DNA of 64,000 bases from Octopus sinensis (lineage: Eukaryota): assembly GCF_006345805.1 (NCBI RefSeq), contig NC_042999.1, positions 59,644,001 through 59,708,000 of the forward strand. Reading direction: 5' to 3'. The notes under the pieces were generated by a model. It did no database searches, was not told the DNA's origin, and saw nothing but the letters and a program-made list of their open reading frames with translations. Made by a program: the position numbers and the translations under genes. Of the stretch, positions 22,440-35,554 are shown piece after piece. Every line of letters begins with the position of its first letter. Positions within the stretch are counted from its first letter, which is position 1.

Positions 22440-23630
22440 TTCATATTTTATCTATTATCTTATTTTATTTCCCTTAACTTAAGCTGAAACTCCGTTAAAA
22501 GTTACGAAGGCCGTTTTTGTTTACATTCTCTCAATATCTGTTTCCGTCTTTTTATACCTTATCCTCCTGAATTGGCTTTAGGATTTAAAAAACCCTTTCT
22601 TTCTTTCTCCACACTTTCTTAATATATTTTATCATATTTTATCTATTATCTTATTTTATTTCCCTTAACTTAAGCTTGCAACTCCGTTAAAAGTTACGAA
22701 GGCCGTTTTTGTTTACATTCTCTCAATCTATCTGTTTCTCGTTTTTATACCTTATCTCCTGAAACTGGCTTTAGGATTAAAAAAACCCTTTCTTCTCCAC
22801 ACTTTATATTTTAATATATTTTCCTCAATTTCTCCCCGTTTGTTTATTTTAATATATTTTCCTCATTTTCTCTCCGTTTGTGCATATGTGTGTGTGTGTG
22901 CACGTGTATATGTATACGTATATATGCATAGACGCGAACTTTAACAACAATCTTTAATAATTACTTCCTATTTCAGCCTTCCTGTTAAAAATTAAAAATC
23001 TCCTCCTTTTGTGCAAACCTCTCACTTTTCTTAATCTTTCATTTCTGATCTCAGTGTCGTAACCCCCTCTCTCTCCTCTCTTTAACAATCTTCATTTTCT
23101 TAATCCCTCATTTCTATTGCAGCTTCGTAACCCCCTCTCTTTCTCCCTCTGTCTCTTTACTTCTCTCTATCACACCCTCTCTCTCTTCTTTCAGCCATTC
23201 AATCTTCCCCTCTTTAACAATCTTTCCTTTCTTAATCCCTCATTTCTATTGCAGCTTCGTAACCCCCTCTCTTTCTCCCTCTGTCTCTTTACTTCTCTCT
23301 ATCACACCATCTCCTCTTTCACAGCCATTCAATCTTCCTTGTCTCTTCACTTCTCCACTTCTCTCTGTCACAATCTTTCCTCTCTCACCTTCTCATCTCT
23401 CTTCTTTCAGCCATTCAATCTTCCCTTATCTCTTCACTTCTCCACTTCTCTCTGTCACAATCTTTCCTCTCTCCCTTCTCAATCTCTCTAAATATATAGT
23501 CGCATAAATATTATCTTCTTATCTTCTCTCAGCTCTCAATCTTCCTCTCTCACCTTCTCAATTTCTCTAATATATAGTCGCATAAATATATATCTTCTTG
23601 TCTTCTCTCAGCTCTCAATCTCTCTAGGTG
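22440..23630. repeat. Unclassified composite of local tandem duplications (~190-bp dimer at 22440-22810; pyrimidine-rich nested repeats at 23040-23630)
   Basis: Repeated blocks such as gaaggccgtttttgtttacattctctcaat (x2) and tcatttctattgcagcttcgtaaccccctctc (x2, plus a partial copy). Confidence 0.7.
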
Positions 23631-23719
23631 CACAGTCCGCTTTCTTTCTCGCTTCTTCTCTGCCCTGTCCCACTATTGAATTTTGAACATATTAGATAGA
23701 TAAATAAATAGATAGATTA

Positions 23720-26700
23720 TCCAACATGTCCAGAGCCTGGAGACCTGACGAACTGGCGTTGTTCGTACGAGCCTGGAAATGCGCCGACCAAAGGGTGAAA
23801 CAGCCAGGAATAGAAGTGGAACCGCAAGGGATGGAAACAAACAGCGCACACGGGTGTGTAGGTTCTACCTGAGAGGTACCTGCTGGCATGGAGAGGAAGG
23901 TGCTGGCTGCCGCTTTGCACATCGGGGACCCTTCCACAGAGACACAAAACGAAAACAAATAAACAAACCATCAACACAAGGAAAAGGGATGGACCACGCA
24001 CCACCTGCCCCAAAACGGAGGTACGCAGATGTGGTGCGTGCCACAAACCGCCAACATGACGTTGTTGAAAGGGCAGCTGCTGAGCAAGAATCTTTTTTGT
24101 GCATGGCACAAAAGATTGTACAGCAGCTGACCTGGCTTCATCAAACCCAAGCTCACAGGTGGGACTACCCACAATATACAAGACCACCACAGCAAACAGA
24201 CCAAAGATGGACACCGCCGGCAACAACATACACGTCACCTCGATGCTCCTACTGAACATCAGAGGACTGCAAACACTCAGTAACAGGACAAAAATCCCGT
24301 TCCTGAGAGACTTTGTCGCATGCAATCAAGCCTTATGCTTAGCACTTACGGAAACGCACCTGAAACCGGACATAGCAGATGCGGAATTACACATACCACA
24401 GTATGTTGTACTACGGACCGACAGAAAAGAAAGGAGTCATGGAGGAGTTGCTATGTACATCCGTGAGGACCTCACAACCCAGGTCCTTTTGTCATACTCA
24501 AACTCGGTGTGTGACACACTAATTGTACACATAAGGCAACTCGATGTAGTTGTGTGTGCTACATATCGCCCTCCAGATGCCCCAAGCCATGTAGGCAAGT
24601 TTGAAGACTGCCTTATAAAAATAGAAGAAGTTCTAATCACATTAGAACACCACATAAGTGTACTTCTCATGGGAGACTTCAATCTACCCAATGTCAGATG
24701 GCCTGAGGGCCTTTCTCTTCCAGGAATGACAAGATGTGAACGAGGACAGGCGAGGTCCCTCCTGACCACCTCATCAACACCCTGTACATGGAGCAAGTAA
24801 TACTCCAACCAACCAGGGCAGGTAACACACTGGATCTCTGCTTCACAAATGACATGGATCTCATCCATAATGTGAAAGTGACACCGACACTACTCTCGGA
24901 TCACAACATGGTAGAGCTGACCATGTACGGGCCAAAATAGAGCACGGACATGCAGCCTACCAGAAACCCTCAGAATCTTTCCAGCTTGAACTACCATAAG
25001 GCAAACTGGAACAGATTGAGAAAGAGATCTTCAAACAAAACTGGCCTAAATGTCTCTCCTCGCCAGACATCGACGTGAAACTTCAACAATCATGTCTGTA
25101 ATGTAAGCCATATGCTACAAATGTGTTCCAAAGAGAAAGGCCACTGTACACAAGAACAAAATACCCAGAGAGAGGAAACTTTTAATGAGACGGCGTACAA
25201 AAATTTCAAATCGCCTAAACAAACAGATTGAAAGCAGTGAAAAGTCCCGCCTAAAACTAAAACTGTTGGAAATTGAAAAATGTCTGCAACTCTCCCATGA
25301 AAAGGAAAGAGCAGACAAAGAAGCCTGGGCTATAGACAACATAAATCTAACCCCAGAGCTTTCTACAGGTATGCCAAAGAAACAGCTACGGTGCACTATA
25401 GAATAGGGCCACTCCTTGAAAAGGATGGCACACTTACAGGAAAACCAATGAGGGTAAGTGAAATACTGAATGAGCAATTCAAGAGTGTTTTCACTCCCCC
25501 CTTGGGCATCTCCAAATCACCAATCCAACTGACTTCTTTACCACTGCAGATATAAAATCAGAGGCGGCGACGATAGATTACATCGATATAAAGGAAACGA
25601 TTGTAATAAAGGCTATAGATGAAATGAAAACAGACTCAGCTACTGGCCCCGATGGATTCCCGGCAATCCTCCTAAAAGCATGTAAGAGAGTCCTAGCAAG
25701 ACCACTGCAGTTCGTCTTTCAGAGCTTCCTTGCAGCTGGCAAACTTCCAAGAAAACTGAAGGAAGGTAAAATATGCCCCTTCATAAAGGAGGTAGCAGAG
25801 CGGAGGCCAAGAACTACAGACCTATCTCTCTGACCTCACACATCAGGAAGGTCATGGAACGAATAGTCAGAAGGAAACTGATCACCTTCCTTGAAGAAAA
25901 TGACTTGCTGCCCGACACCCAACATGGTTTCCGACCAGGGAGAAGCTGTTTAACTCAGCTCCTACAACACTATGACTGGGTGCTGAAACGGCTGCTCAAC
26001 CACTCAAATGTGGAAGTGATATATCTCGACTTTGCAAAGGCCTTTGATAAAGTCGATCATGGAATGATATGTCACAAACTGCGTGATCTCAACATAGTTG
26101 GAAAACTGGGAGAATGGCTTCATGACTTTCTGAAAGATAGAAGTCAGGTGGTAGTAGCCATGGGGCCACTTCCATTACACGCAATAGTGAACGGTGTTTC
26201 CGCAGGGCACTGTTCTGGGACCACTACTGTTCATAATGGCCCTCTCAGACATGCCCTCAGCCACGCAGAGAGCCACGATCACAAGTTATGCAGATGATAG
26301 AAAAGTTTCATAGACAATACAGAACCCTGAGGACACTAAACGCCTGCAATGTGAGCTGGACAAAATATACAAGTGGGCTGAAAAGAATAGCATGCAGTTC
26401 AATGCTGAAAAGTTTCAAGCTTTATACTATCAGCATGCAAAACTAAATGCAATACCCAATGAATACACTGGACCCGGAGGAATAGCAATCCCAGAGGCAC
26501 AATCAGTGCGTGACCTGGTATTTACATGAGTGATGACGCAACCTTTCGTGTACATGTTGCTAAATTGGCAATGAAATGTAGACGACTGGCCGATGGATTC
26601 TCAGAACCTTTAGAACAAGAGAACAAGAAACCATGATGGTCCTCTGGAGGACACTTGTCCTAAGCCACTTTGACTATTGCTCTCAGTTATGGTCACCATC

Positions 26701-27270
26701 CAGTGTCAAGTTGATCACAGAGCTCGAGGCGATCCAGCGTAGCTACACGAAGAAGATAGCCTCTATGCAGAATGTAAGCTACTGGGAAAGACTCAAGAGA
26801 TTAAAACTATATTCCTTGGAGCGTAGGCGGGAAAGATATGCTATAATATACATCTGGAAGATCCTGGAGGGACGTGTCCCAAATTTTGGCATCGAGAGTT
26901 ACACAAATGCCAGAACGGGGCGCCACTGCGTGGTGCCTAGGACTCCAAATTTGCCATCAAGATGTAGGACAAGATACTGTGATAGCCTGGGCTTCCGAGG
27001 CCCACAGCTTTCAATATCCTCCCGAACCTGAGAGACCTGCATGGGGTGGATGCAGATGTCTTTAAAATGAAACTGGATCTCTTCCTGTCAGGTGTCCAGA
27101 TGAACCAACTTCACGGCAGGAGGTGCAGATGAGGGCAGCTGCATCGAACTCTCTCATGCACCAAATGGCAGTTGCTGAAAAGCTTTCGTGAAGTAAAACC
27201 AAGTAACAACACCAAATGGCGGTGCCCCAGCATGGCCACAGCTCATGAGCTGAAACTAGAATCAATCAAA
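23720..27270 (+). mobile_element. CR1-group LINE (ORF1 3' part, ORF2 APE and RT, complete 3' end), multiply frameshifted
   Basis: ORF1 CRFYLRGTCWHGEEGAGCRFAH; APE LLNIRGL, LTETHL, YRPPD, MGDFNLP; RT GPDGFP, YRPISLTSH, QHGFRPGRSC, YLDFAKAFDKVDH, YADD; C-terminus DYCSQLWSP, LEAIQR, LYSLERRRER; tail (AATC). Confidence 0.93.
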
Positions 27271-27329
27271 TTATATGCTGATATATTCGGACTGCTGTAC
27301 GAACATATATTGCTTGTTATATATTCAGA

Positions 27330-27690
27330 ATATTTCGCCCGTTGTACTTTCAAGCCTCCTTCAGGTGTCTCGTTCATTCGGTAATATACTCAGAATTCCG
27401 AACCAAACCAAACGCTTTATTAAATTCACGGAGTCAATTGTTGTCATTCTGTTGTTCATACTAGGGATATTCACTTATTAGTTATTGAATAATATATTTC
27501 ATAATAACTATTATTGAATAACTACTCGGAATATATTCCTGTTATGAACAACAGAATACGTGCTTTCTAACCGGTGGACTTAATAAAGTGTTTTGGCTCG
27601 ACATTCCGCGAAAGTTTCGGAATTCGACAAGCACCTGATGAAGGCTGCAGGGTACAACAGACGAAATGTTGTAATAATAACAACTAAGAT
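27330..27690. mobile_element. Imperfect fold-back of Penelope-type terminal repeats with hammerhead-like motifs
   Basis: Arms pair (ccaaacgctttattaaattcacgg with ccggtggacttaataaagtgttttgg). ctgatgaaggctg...cagacgaaa at 27635-27666 (+) and ctgaaggaggcttg...gggcgaaa at ~27345-27378 (-). Confidence 0.65.
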
Positions 27691-27749
27691 AAGGACATTA
27701 CTACTCAGAATATATCATTGCATAATAATGATAATGCCTCACATAATAA

Positions 27750-27750
27750 A

Positions 27751-27788
<38 letters not shown>

Positions 27789-27839
27789 TTTATTATGTGA
27801 GGCATTATCACATACATACATACATACATACATACATGC

Positions 27840-27884
<45 letters not shown>

Positions 27885-28015
27885 TATATATATGTGTATA
27901 TATATACATATTTATATACATGTTTGTATATATATATATATGTGTGTGTGTGTGTATCTATATATATTCATACATATACAGACACGCGCCGCCTACATAC
28001 ACACATATGTATCCT

Positions 28016-28046
<31 letters not shown>

Positions 28047-28199
28047 TATATATATATACAAATGCACAAAGCACATTTAGATATACACATATACACATTT
28101 ACACACATACACACACATATATATATACGAATACTTACACACATGCACATATATATATACATATACACACATACATTCATATATATATATATATATACA

Positions 28200-28240
<41 letters not shown>

Positions 28241-28280
28241 ATGTGTGTGTGTGTGTGTCTGTGCATGTGTGTGTGTGTAG
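27750..28280. repeat. Compound (TA)n/(CATA)n/(TG)n microsatellite
   Basis: Visible directly. Confidence 0.95.
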
Positions 28281-28799
28281 TTATAACATGTATAAGGTGT
28301 ATGAAAATCTTGGTGTGTAATTTCGTATAATAATAAGAAGAATATAATTTAACTTCAATAAATATAATTCCATACTTCTGAACTCCGTAGCTTTGGGCTC
28401 TTTCTAAGAAATTCGTATCGGTTTTCCTCCGTGATAATTAATAACTACTGATGCAGAATACAGTATTTTGACAACAGGACTATTTTCGTTAACCTGCCGT
28501 TCGATTTATTTATTATATCACATATTATATATTATATAATAGGATGTATGCGGGATGTGAGTCTTCGTCTAACATCATCAGAAAATGAAAAATAGATGAA
28601 GTAAAGCATATGGAAAAAAGAAGGAAGTGAGGCCTTGACTACAGGAGAAAAGTGGAAAACGTGTGGGGGTGTGGGGGGGATTGAAGTGACAGGGCGAGAG
28701 AGAGGGAGGGAGGGAAGGAAAGAGAGAGAGATATGGAGATCACAGAACATATATCACTTTGTTAAAGTAGGTGGAGAAAAGATGTTCTTGCAGAGAAGA

Positions 28800-28924
28800 G
28801 AGTGTGTGCGTGTGTGTGTGAGAGAGAGAGAAGAGTGTGTGCGTGTGTGTGAGAGCGAGAGAAAGAGAGAGACAGACAGACAGACAGAAAGAAAGAAAGA
28901 AAAAAAGAAGGAAAGAAAGAAGGA

Positions 28925-28992
<68 letters not shown>

Positions 28993-29040
28993 AGAAAGAA
29001 AGAAGAAAGAAAAAAAGAAAGAGGTGGAAAGAGAGAGGAA
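28800..29040. repeat. (TG)/(GA)/(GACA)/(GAAA)n tract
   Basis: Visible directly. Confidence 0.95.
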
Positions 29041-29675
29041 ATAGAAGGAGAGATAGAATGACTGAGAATGAGAGAGCGAAAATAAAGATACAAACGGTAA
29101 TACCATCTGCAGGTGAAAATGGGGAAGACGGTTGATCCTGTCAAGTGAGCTCGAAGCAAAAAGAGCTACGGAGGTTAAGAGAGAGAAACAAACTGCGGAA
29201 ATAGTAGTAGTAATCATTACAATAATCGCTAGAACTGATATCGAAGTCATAATGCATGCTACAAAGTCCTTAGACTGTTACTTATTTTATCGACCCCGAA
29301 ATGATGAAAGGTAAAGTCGTACCCGGCGGAATTTGACAACTCGTTACTGGTGCGATACCGATTCTGCCGGGCTCACCGCTTTTTTCTATGACCAGTTATC
29401 ACGCAACTGAAGTACGTTACTTAAATGCTGTCGGCATTTTTAATGCCTTTCTACAAATAATAAATTCCTTACAAATAGGCGTATACGTGTATACTGTGGT
29501 GATGAATATTTAATTATTTATCGCCCGGTGTTTCTGAACAGTTACTTTACTTACGGACCACTTTGATTCCCATTTCATTCGACTGGATCCCCATAGCCAT
29601 TTGATGTTAAAAAAATTCTGTTATACTTTTATAGTCAAATGTTTTTAGGAATTGTATTTAAAAATTGTTCAAATA

Positions 29676-29860
29676 GGCGTAGGAGTGGCTGTGTGGTAAG
29701 TAGCTTGCTTACCAACTACATGGTTCCAAGTTCAGTACCACTGAATGGTACCTTGAGCAAATGTCTTCTACTATAGCCACGGGACAACCAAAGCCTTGTG
29801 AGTGGATTTGGTAGACGGAAACTGAAAGAAGCCCGTCGTATATATATGTATATATAAATA

Positions 29861-29898
<38 letters not shown>

Positions 29899-30115
29899 CT
29901 TTTGTGTATTTGTGTTTGTCCCCCCGACATCGCTTGACAACCGATGCTGGTGTGTTTACGTCCCCATTACTTAGCGGTTCGGCAAAAGATACCGATAGAA
30001 TAAGTGCTAGGCTTACAAAGAATAAGTGCTTGGGTCGATTTGCTCGACTAAAGGCGGTGTTCCAGCATGGCCGCAGTCAAATGACTGAAACAAGTAAAAG
30101 AGTAAAAGAGTAAAA
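29676..30115 (+). mobile_element. SINE A, full length
   Basis: ggcgtaggagtggctgtgtggtaag...ggttccaagttcagt head; internal TA/TG; tail ending (taaaagag)n. Confidence 0.9.
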
Positions 30116-31090
30116 TATTATGTGCACTGCAGAAACAGAACCAATTTATTGCAATTAAATTTCAACAAGATCTCGCATGGCCCCCCACCACCGCCACCAG
30201 TTTTGGGAGTCATATGAATCCCGGTTGAGTTCCATTGATTTAGACAGACTTAGGAAAAAAAGGTTCTTTTAACGATATTTCTTACAACTCAACTTACAGA
30301 TTACCATCAGGATTAGTGTAATTGCTGTAAAGCTTCTCGTGATAATTTTAGACTTATAGAATGATAAGTATCATCTCCAAGAAAACATAACAAAGATTTA
30401 TACGATACAGGCGCAAGCGTGCTGTGTGGTAACACGTTTATTTCCCAACCACATGATTCGAGGTTCGTGCGTATATAAGTCTGTACAATATGCAAACCCA
30501 CTTCGATCAGCCAAAGTACACATAAGTTATAGCGTTAATTCTGCCATGCAAAACAACTAAGGGAGGAAGAGAGATTCGTTATATGGCTGCCCAAATCGGC
30601 ACAGAGCCACCTCCATGTCCCACAGCAGGCGCTTCTGTGAAAGATATCTACACCGAAGTGTGAGAAAAGGGTAAATGATGATACATCAGAGAAGATGGTA
30701 CCATTCCAATGAGCCATTGTAAACTTCGGATAGCCTAGTCTAGACACCATTTTGTTCGTTTATCTATGTTATTGGGTGGGGCAAGAAAAGTTTAACAATT
30801 GCTGCCCATCTCGTTAGTATCCAGCTTTATGGAACTCACAATGAAGGGTTTTGGTTGACACGGGGTGAGAAAGGTGATGGTTTAGCTCTGCTATCACTTT
30901 GTTACCGTAATTTTATGACTGCAGACAATACTTTCCACTATTCTACAGATCTTCTCTGTGAGCTTACCTTCCGTTCAGAATTATGCGTGCGAAGGCTGCT
31001 CCCATCTTGGTTTTGAAATGCTAACGTGATTTTAGAATCTGTACCTTACAAAGCATTAAACAATTCATTAGATTTAGTGATTGAGCTGTT

Positions 31091-31405
31091 GTGGAGGCAC
31101 ATGGCCTAGTGGTTAGAGCAGCGGACTCGCGGTCGAGGGATCGCGGGTTCGAATCTCAGACCGGGCGATGTGTGTGTTTATGATCGAAACACCTAAGCTC
31201 CACGCGGCTCCGGCAGGAAGGTAATGGCAGAAGGTAATAGCGAACTTCTGCTGACTCTTTCACCACAACTTTCTCACTCTTTCCTTCTGCATCTTGCAGC
31301 TCACCTGCGACAGACCGGCGTCCCGTCCAGGTGGGGAACTATACGCCAAGGAAACCGAGAAACTGGCCCTTATGAGCCAGGCATGGCTCGAGAAGGAACA
31401 AAAAG
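31091..31405 (+). mobile_element. SINE C, full length
   Basis: Same sequence as the reverse complement of 9716-10028, with a small internal duplication (gaaggtaatggc/gaaggtaatagc). Confidence 0.9.
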
Positions 31406-32424
31406 AAATTGAGCCGTCGACCATTTCTGCACCAACAATTTGCTCTTTCTAGGAATTAGATAGGTCACAAAATTTCACTTATTTGAATATAAGTTTCTGA
31501 AAAAAAAAAAAAAAAAAAAAAAACATAAACAGAGACGAGAAGGCTACATTGTAAGGTACAAAATATACATGATGCATATGAGCACATCTGTACGGAATAG
31601 AACAGCTTTTAGTTTGTCATATTGCCAATAGAAACAACAGCAAAATAAAAAGTAGTGTTGACATTATTTTGTTCAACCCCCGTATATACTTACATACATA
31701 CATATATATATGTGTGTGTGTGTGAGGCGTGTGTAAGTATGTGTATAAATGCCTATGTATATATATATATATATATATGCCTATGCATAAAGGGGGAGAA
31801 AGAGAAAGTGAAATTTATGTGAATCTCAATGAATTCTATATAAGAATATTTATAAATGTTTGTTTTAAGGAATGTTCAGTGCAACTCAGAAATATATAAA
31901 GCAACAGAAAGAAAAAAAAATATTCGTGGAAAGATTATTTTGCTTCTGGTGTCAATACATCCTTTCAGTTAAAGTATATTCTATGCATCCATATGTATAG
32001 GCAACTAATGTATATTTTGGAGTGCTAAATTAAAATGATATTAATGAGGTTAAACAAGTAAATAGATAATTAACCTATTCAATATCTCTCAGGTAAATTT
32101 TGTGGTTGAAATTCGTGAACATATTCCCTTTTGATTTTTTTTTTTTTTTGCTATGCCTTTTTTCTTTCGGAAATAGATTTTTGTTCTTTTGTTGTTTTAT
32201 TGTTATATAGAACGCTATTAACCATTTTGGTGTATATAGGGTATTCTTAAAGTTAATGCTGATTGATTCGAACGAACAGATTGCAGTTTAGAAGCTAGGG
32301 TTATACGTTTGTAAAACAAACAAATGAAAACGAAAATCTCTTGCTAGGGTCGGCAGAAAATGGTGCGTTCAATTGGGTGCCTGTCGTAACCACATGATAA
32401 GCAAAGGATAAAACTGGAGATAAA

Positions 32425-32850
32425 TATTCTTTAGTACTCTAAGCAGAAGGCCCGAAATTTTTGGGGAGAGGACCAGTCGATTAGATGGGTACTAGTACGC
32501 AATAGGTACTTAATTTATCGACCCCGAAAGGGTGATAGGCAAAGTCGACCTCGGCAGAATTTGAACTCAGAACGTAGCGGCAGACTAAATACCTATTTCT
32601 TTACTATCCATAAGGGGCTAAACACAGAGAGAACAAACAAGTACAGACAAATGGATTAAGTCGATTATATCGAACCCAGTGAGTAACTGGTACTTATTTA
32701 ATCAACCCCGAAAGGATGAAAGGCAAAGTCGACCTCGGCGGAATTTGAACTCAGAACGTAGCGGCAGAAGAAATACCTATTTCGTTACTACCCACAAGGG
32801 GCTAAACACAGAGAAGACAAACAAGGACAGACAAACGGATTAATATGGCT
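32425..32850 (-). mobile_element. SINE B tandem multimer
   Basis: Units joined by gaaatag|gtattt at ~32592 and ~32778. Confidence 0.85.
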
Positions 32851-33075
32851 GCAATCTAAGGAGTGAAACAAGTAAAATATGAAATGTAATATACATATTT
32901 CTCCTATATCTAAAATGATGGAAATCTCCATGGCGACAACTGGAATTTCAGAGTTGTAAACTATTAATATCGAAGAAGAACCAACAATAAACACTGGTAC
33001 ATATACACATGAAACATTTCTAGTAATAGAAATATTAAAATTACTAAGTCTCTCTGAAGGAGATTACGGCAGCGC

Positions 33076-33583
33076 TACTGGAAATTAATAGTTATCGCCA
33101 TACTAATATGGCAGTTTTATAAATATAAGACTAAAGCTGTCGCTGATTAGCTCCAAGAGGCCACCGACTCAAGCTAGCTATTTGACACACAACCTGCGTC
33201 CATTATAAACCTTCGAACAGGGGAGGTCAGCCGCTTCATCCTGCCAGTCAGTAATTTTAATATTTCTATTATTGAAAACAAGTGGATGTATTCCACTGAA
33301 ACTAGGTAAATAAAGCCTTCGAACTGGGACGATCACTAGCGACACCTGCAAGTCTGACTACGCTGCATTGATAAGGGGCAACAACCCTGAAACATGCCTG
33401 TAGCTGTCTGACTGGCAGGATAAAGCGGCTGACCTCCCTTGTTCGAAGGTTTATAAGGGACGCAGGTTGTGTGTCAAATAGCTAGCTTGAGGCGGTGGCC
33501 TCTTGGAGCTAATCAGCGACAGCTTTAGTCTTATATTTATAAGACTGCCATATTAGTATGGCGATAACTATTAATTTCCAGTA
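33076..33583. mobile_element. Fold-back element with ~176-bp near-perfect inverted arms and a hammerhead remnant in the spacer
   Basis: 33076-33251 is the reverse complement of 33408-33583 with about five differences by eye; hammerhead-like motif at 33362-33404. Confidence 0.85.
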
Positions 33584-33685
33584 ATGTTAGTTTGATAACA
33601 GCGCAAAACTGGTGTACGCTTCGATAATATATCTCTAAGAAAGAAAGATAGATAGATAGATAGATATATAGATAGATAGATAGGC

Positions 33686-33763
<78 letters not shown>

Positions 33764-33946
33764 GGTGGTGTTGTAAGAAGCTTGCTTCACAAACATGTTA
33801 CGGGTTCCATCCCATTCCACCCAATGAATATATATATATATTCATTTATACATGAATGTGTTGTTGATATATATATATAGACATATGAGTTTATGTGTAT
33901 ATATATATATGTGTGCGTGTGTGTGTATGTATGCATACATATATAT

Positions 33947-34001
<55 letters not shown>

Positions 34002-34744
34002 ATATATATATACATACATACAATCATAGATATTTTAGTGATTTTCAAGGAGAAGGTGTAATTTATAATCAAGAGACAATTTGAGACAATGCTATACTGA
34101 CGATGAAACAAATGTTCATAATTGTGCCTTGCCTGCAGCAACCGGTTTCACTCTATTTCTCTTATAATTGACATTAACTCTAGAAATTTACTCCTAATTT
34201 CCTTGAAATTATCTCCCCTTCTTCTCCTCTTTCTTCTCGTTAACAAGGTTTTCGTTTTACGCCTCCTACTCAAAGGAAATTTCAAAAGAATTAAGACTTC
34301 GTTGTATACAGTATTGTGTACCTTGCCCTCCAACACACACGTATACATACATTCATACATATATACATACATAAGTATATGTATGTATGTGTGTATATAT
34401 ATATATACATACATATATGAGTATGTATATACACATATACTTACACATACACAGAGACTATATATATATATATATAGATATATATATATATATAGATATA
34501 TCCACAGAGAGAGAGAGAGAGAGGGAGAGAGCAATAAGATAATGGAGGGGCTCATTAGGTAGTTCATCAACTTTTAGACATTATATTATGTCAATTTATA
34601 TATTTATTTACTAAAATGACAATTACAAGAATATACATACATGTATAACATATTATACTTTACATATAAAGTATAAAGATACCAGTAATTATTAAAATGT
34701 ATAACATAAAGGACTATTCCAAAACCCGTCTTTTGATAGCTTTG

Positions 34745-35249
34745 TGCTCTTCTGTGAACCAACTCTTTTTTTCTTATTGCTCTAGCTTGATCACATAGTT
34801 TCTTTTCCGTGAGTTGAAACAATCCTTTTTCTCTCCAATGATCATACATACGTCGTCGGTAACCCCTAATTGGAGCACCATTTTCATCTACAGAGTTGCT
34901 CAGGTAGTAACACTCCATGACCACAGCAATAATTTGCTTGCGTCATCTACGCTGTGTGTGGTGGTCCTTTTCTGGATATCGACAGGCTGGAGCCGGACCA
35001 GAATCTCTAAGCTTGACGGGTGCAACACTGTTACCATCAATGACTTCAGTTTCATTACCACCGTTATTCACAATATTTTGTCTGTTCATTGTCACTCATA
35101 TTAGGTAGCGATTATCAGGTTGCGCAATTACCAGTTTTTTTTAAATTGTGATACCATCACTAGATATATAATTAATCAGGACATGGGGAGGCTCCACCAG
35201 CTTCCTTTCATTATTATTAGTAGTATCATCATTATTATTATTATTATCA

Positions 35250-35292
<43 letters not shown>

Positions 35293-35425
35293 CATCATCA
35301 TCATCATCATCATCATTACTGATATTACCGATATTATTGTTTGTATTTTTTTTACTTTTCGTCATTGTTATATTAACAGACCCAGAGTTTACACAGGCCT
35401 ATGCAAGGCAGGGGTCGCACCAATT
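34745..35425 (-). mobile_element. R4/Dong-type element 5' part, 3'-truncated and degenerate
   Basis: VMECYYLS...DENGAPIRGYRRRMYDHWREKGLFQLTEKKLCDQARAIRK matches my recollection of R4-like ORF N-termini; embedded in AAT/AAC/GAT tracts. Confidence 0.65.
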
Positions 35426-35436
35426 ACTATTATTGC

Positions 35437-35554
<118 letters not shown>

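Noticed and set aside
31091-31165. tRNA-like sequences at SINE C and D heads (also 9955-10028, 11519-11595, 62287-62360)
   Set aside because: Each continues directly into a SINE body, some have TSDs, and the acceptor stems do not close. Not called as tRNA genes.
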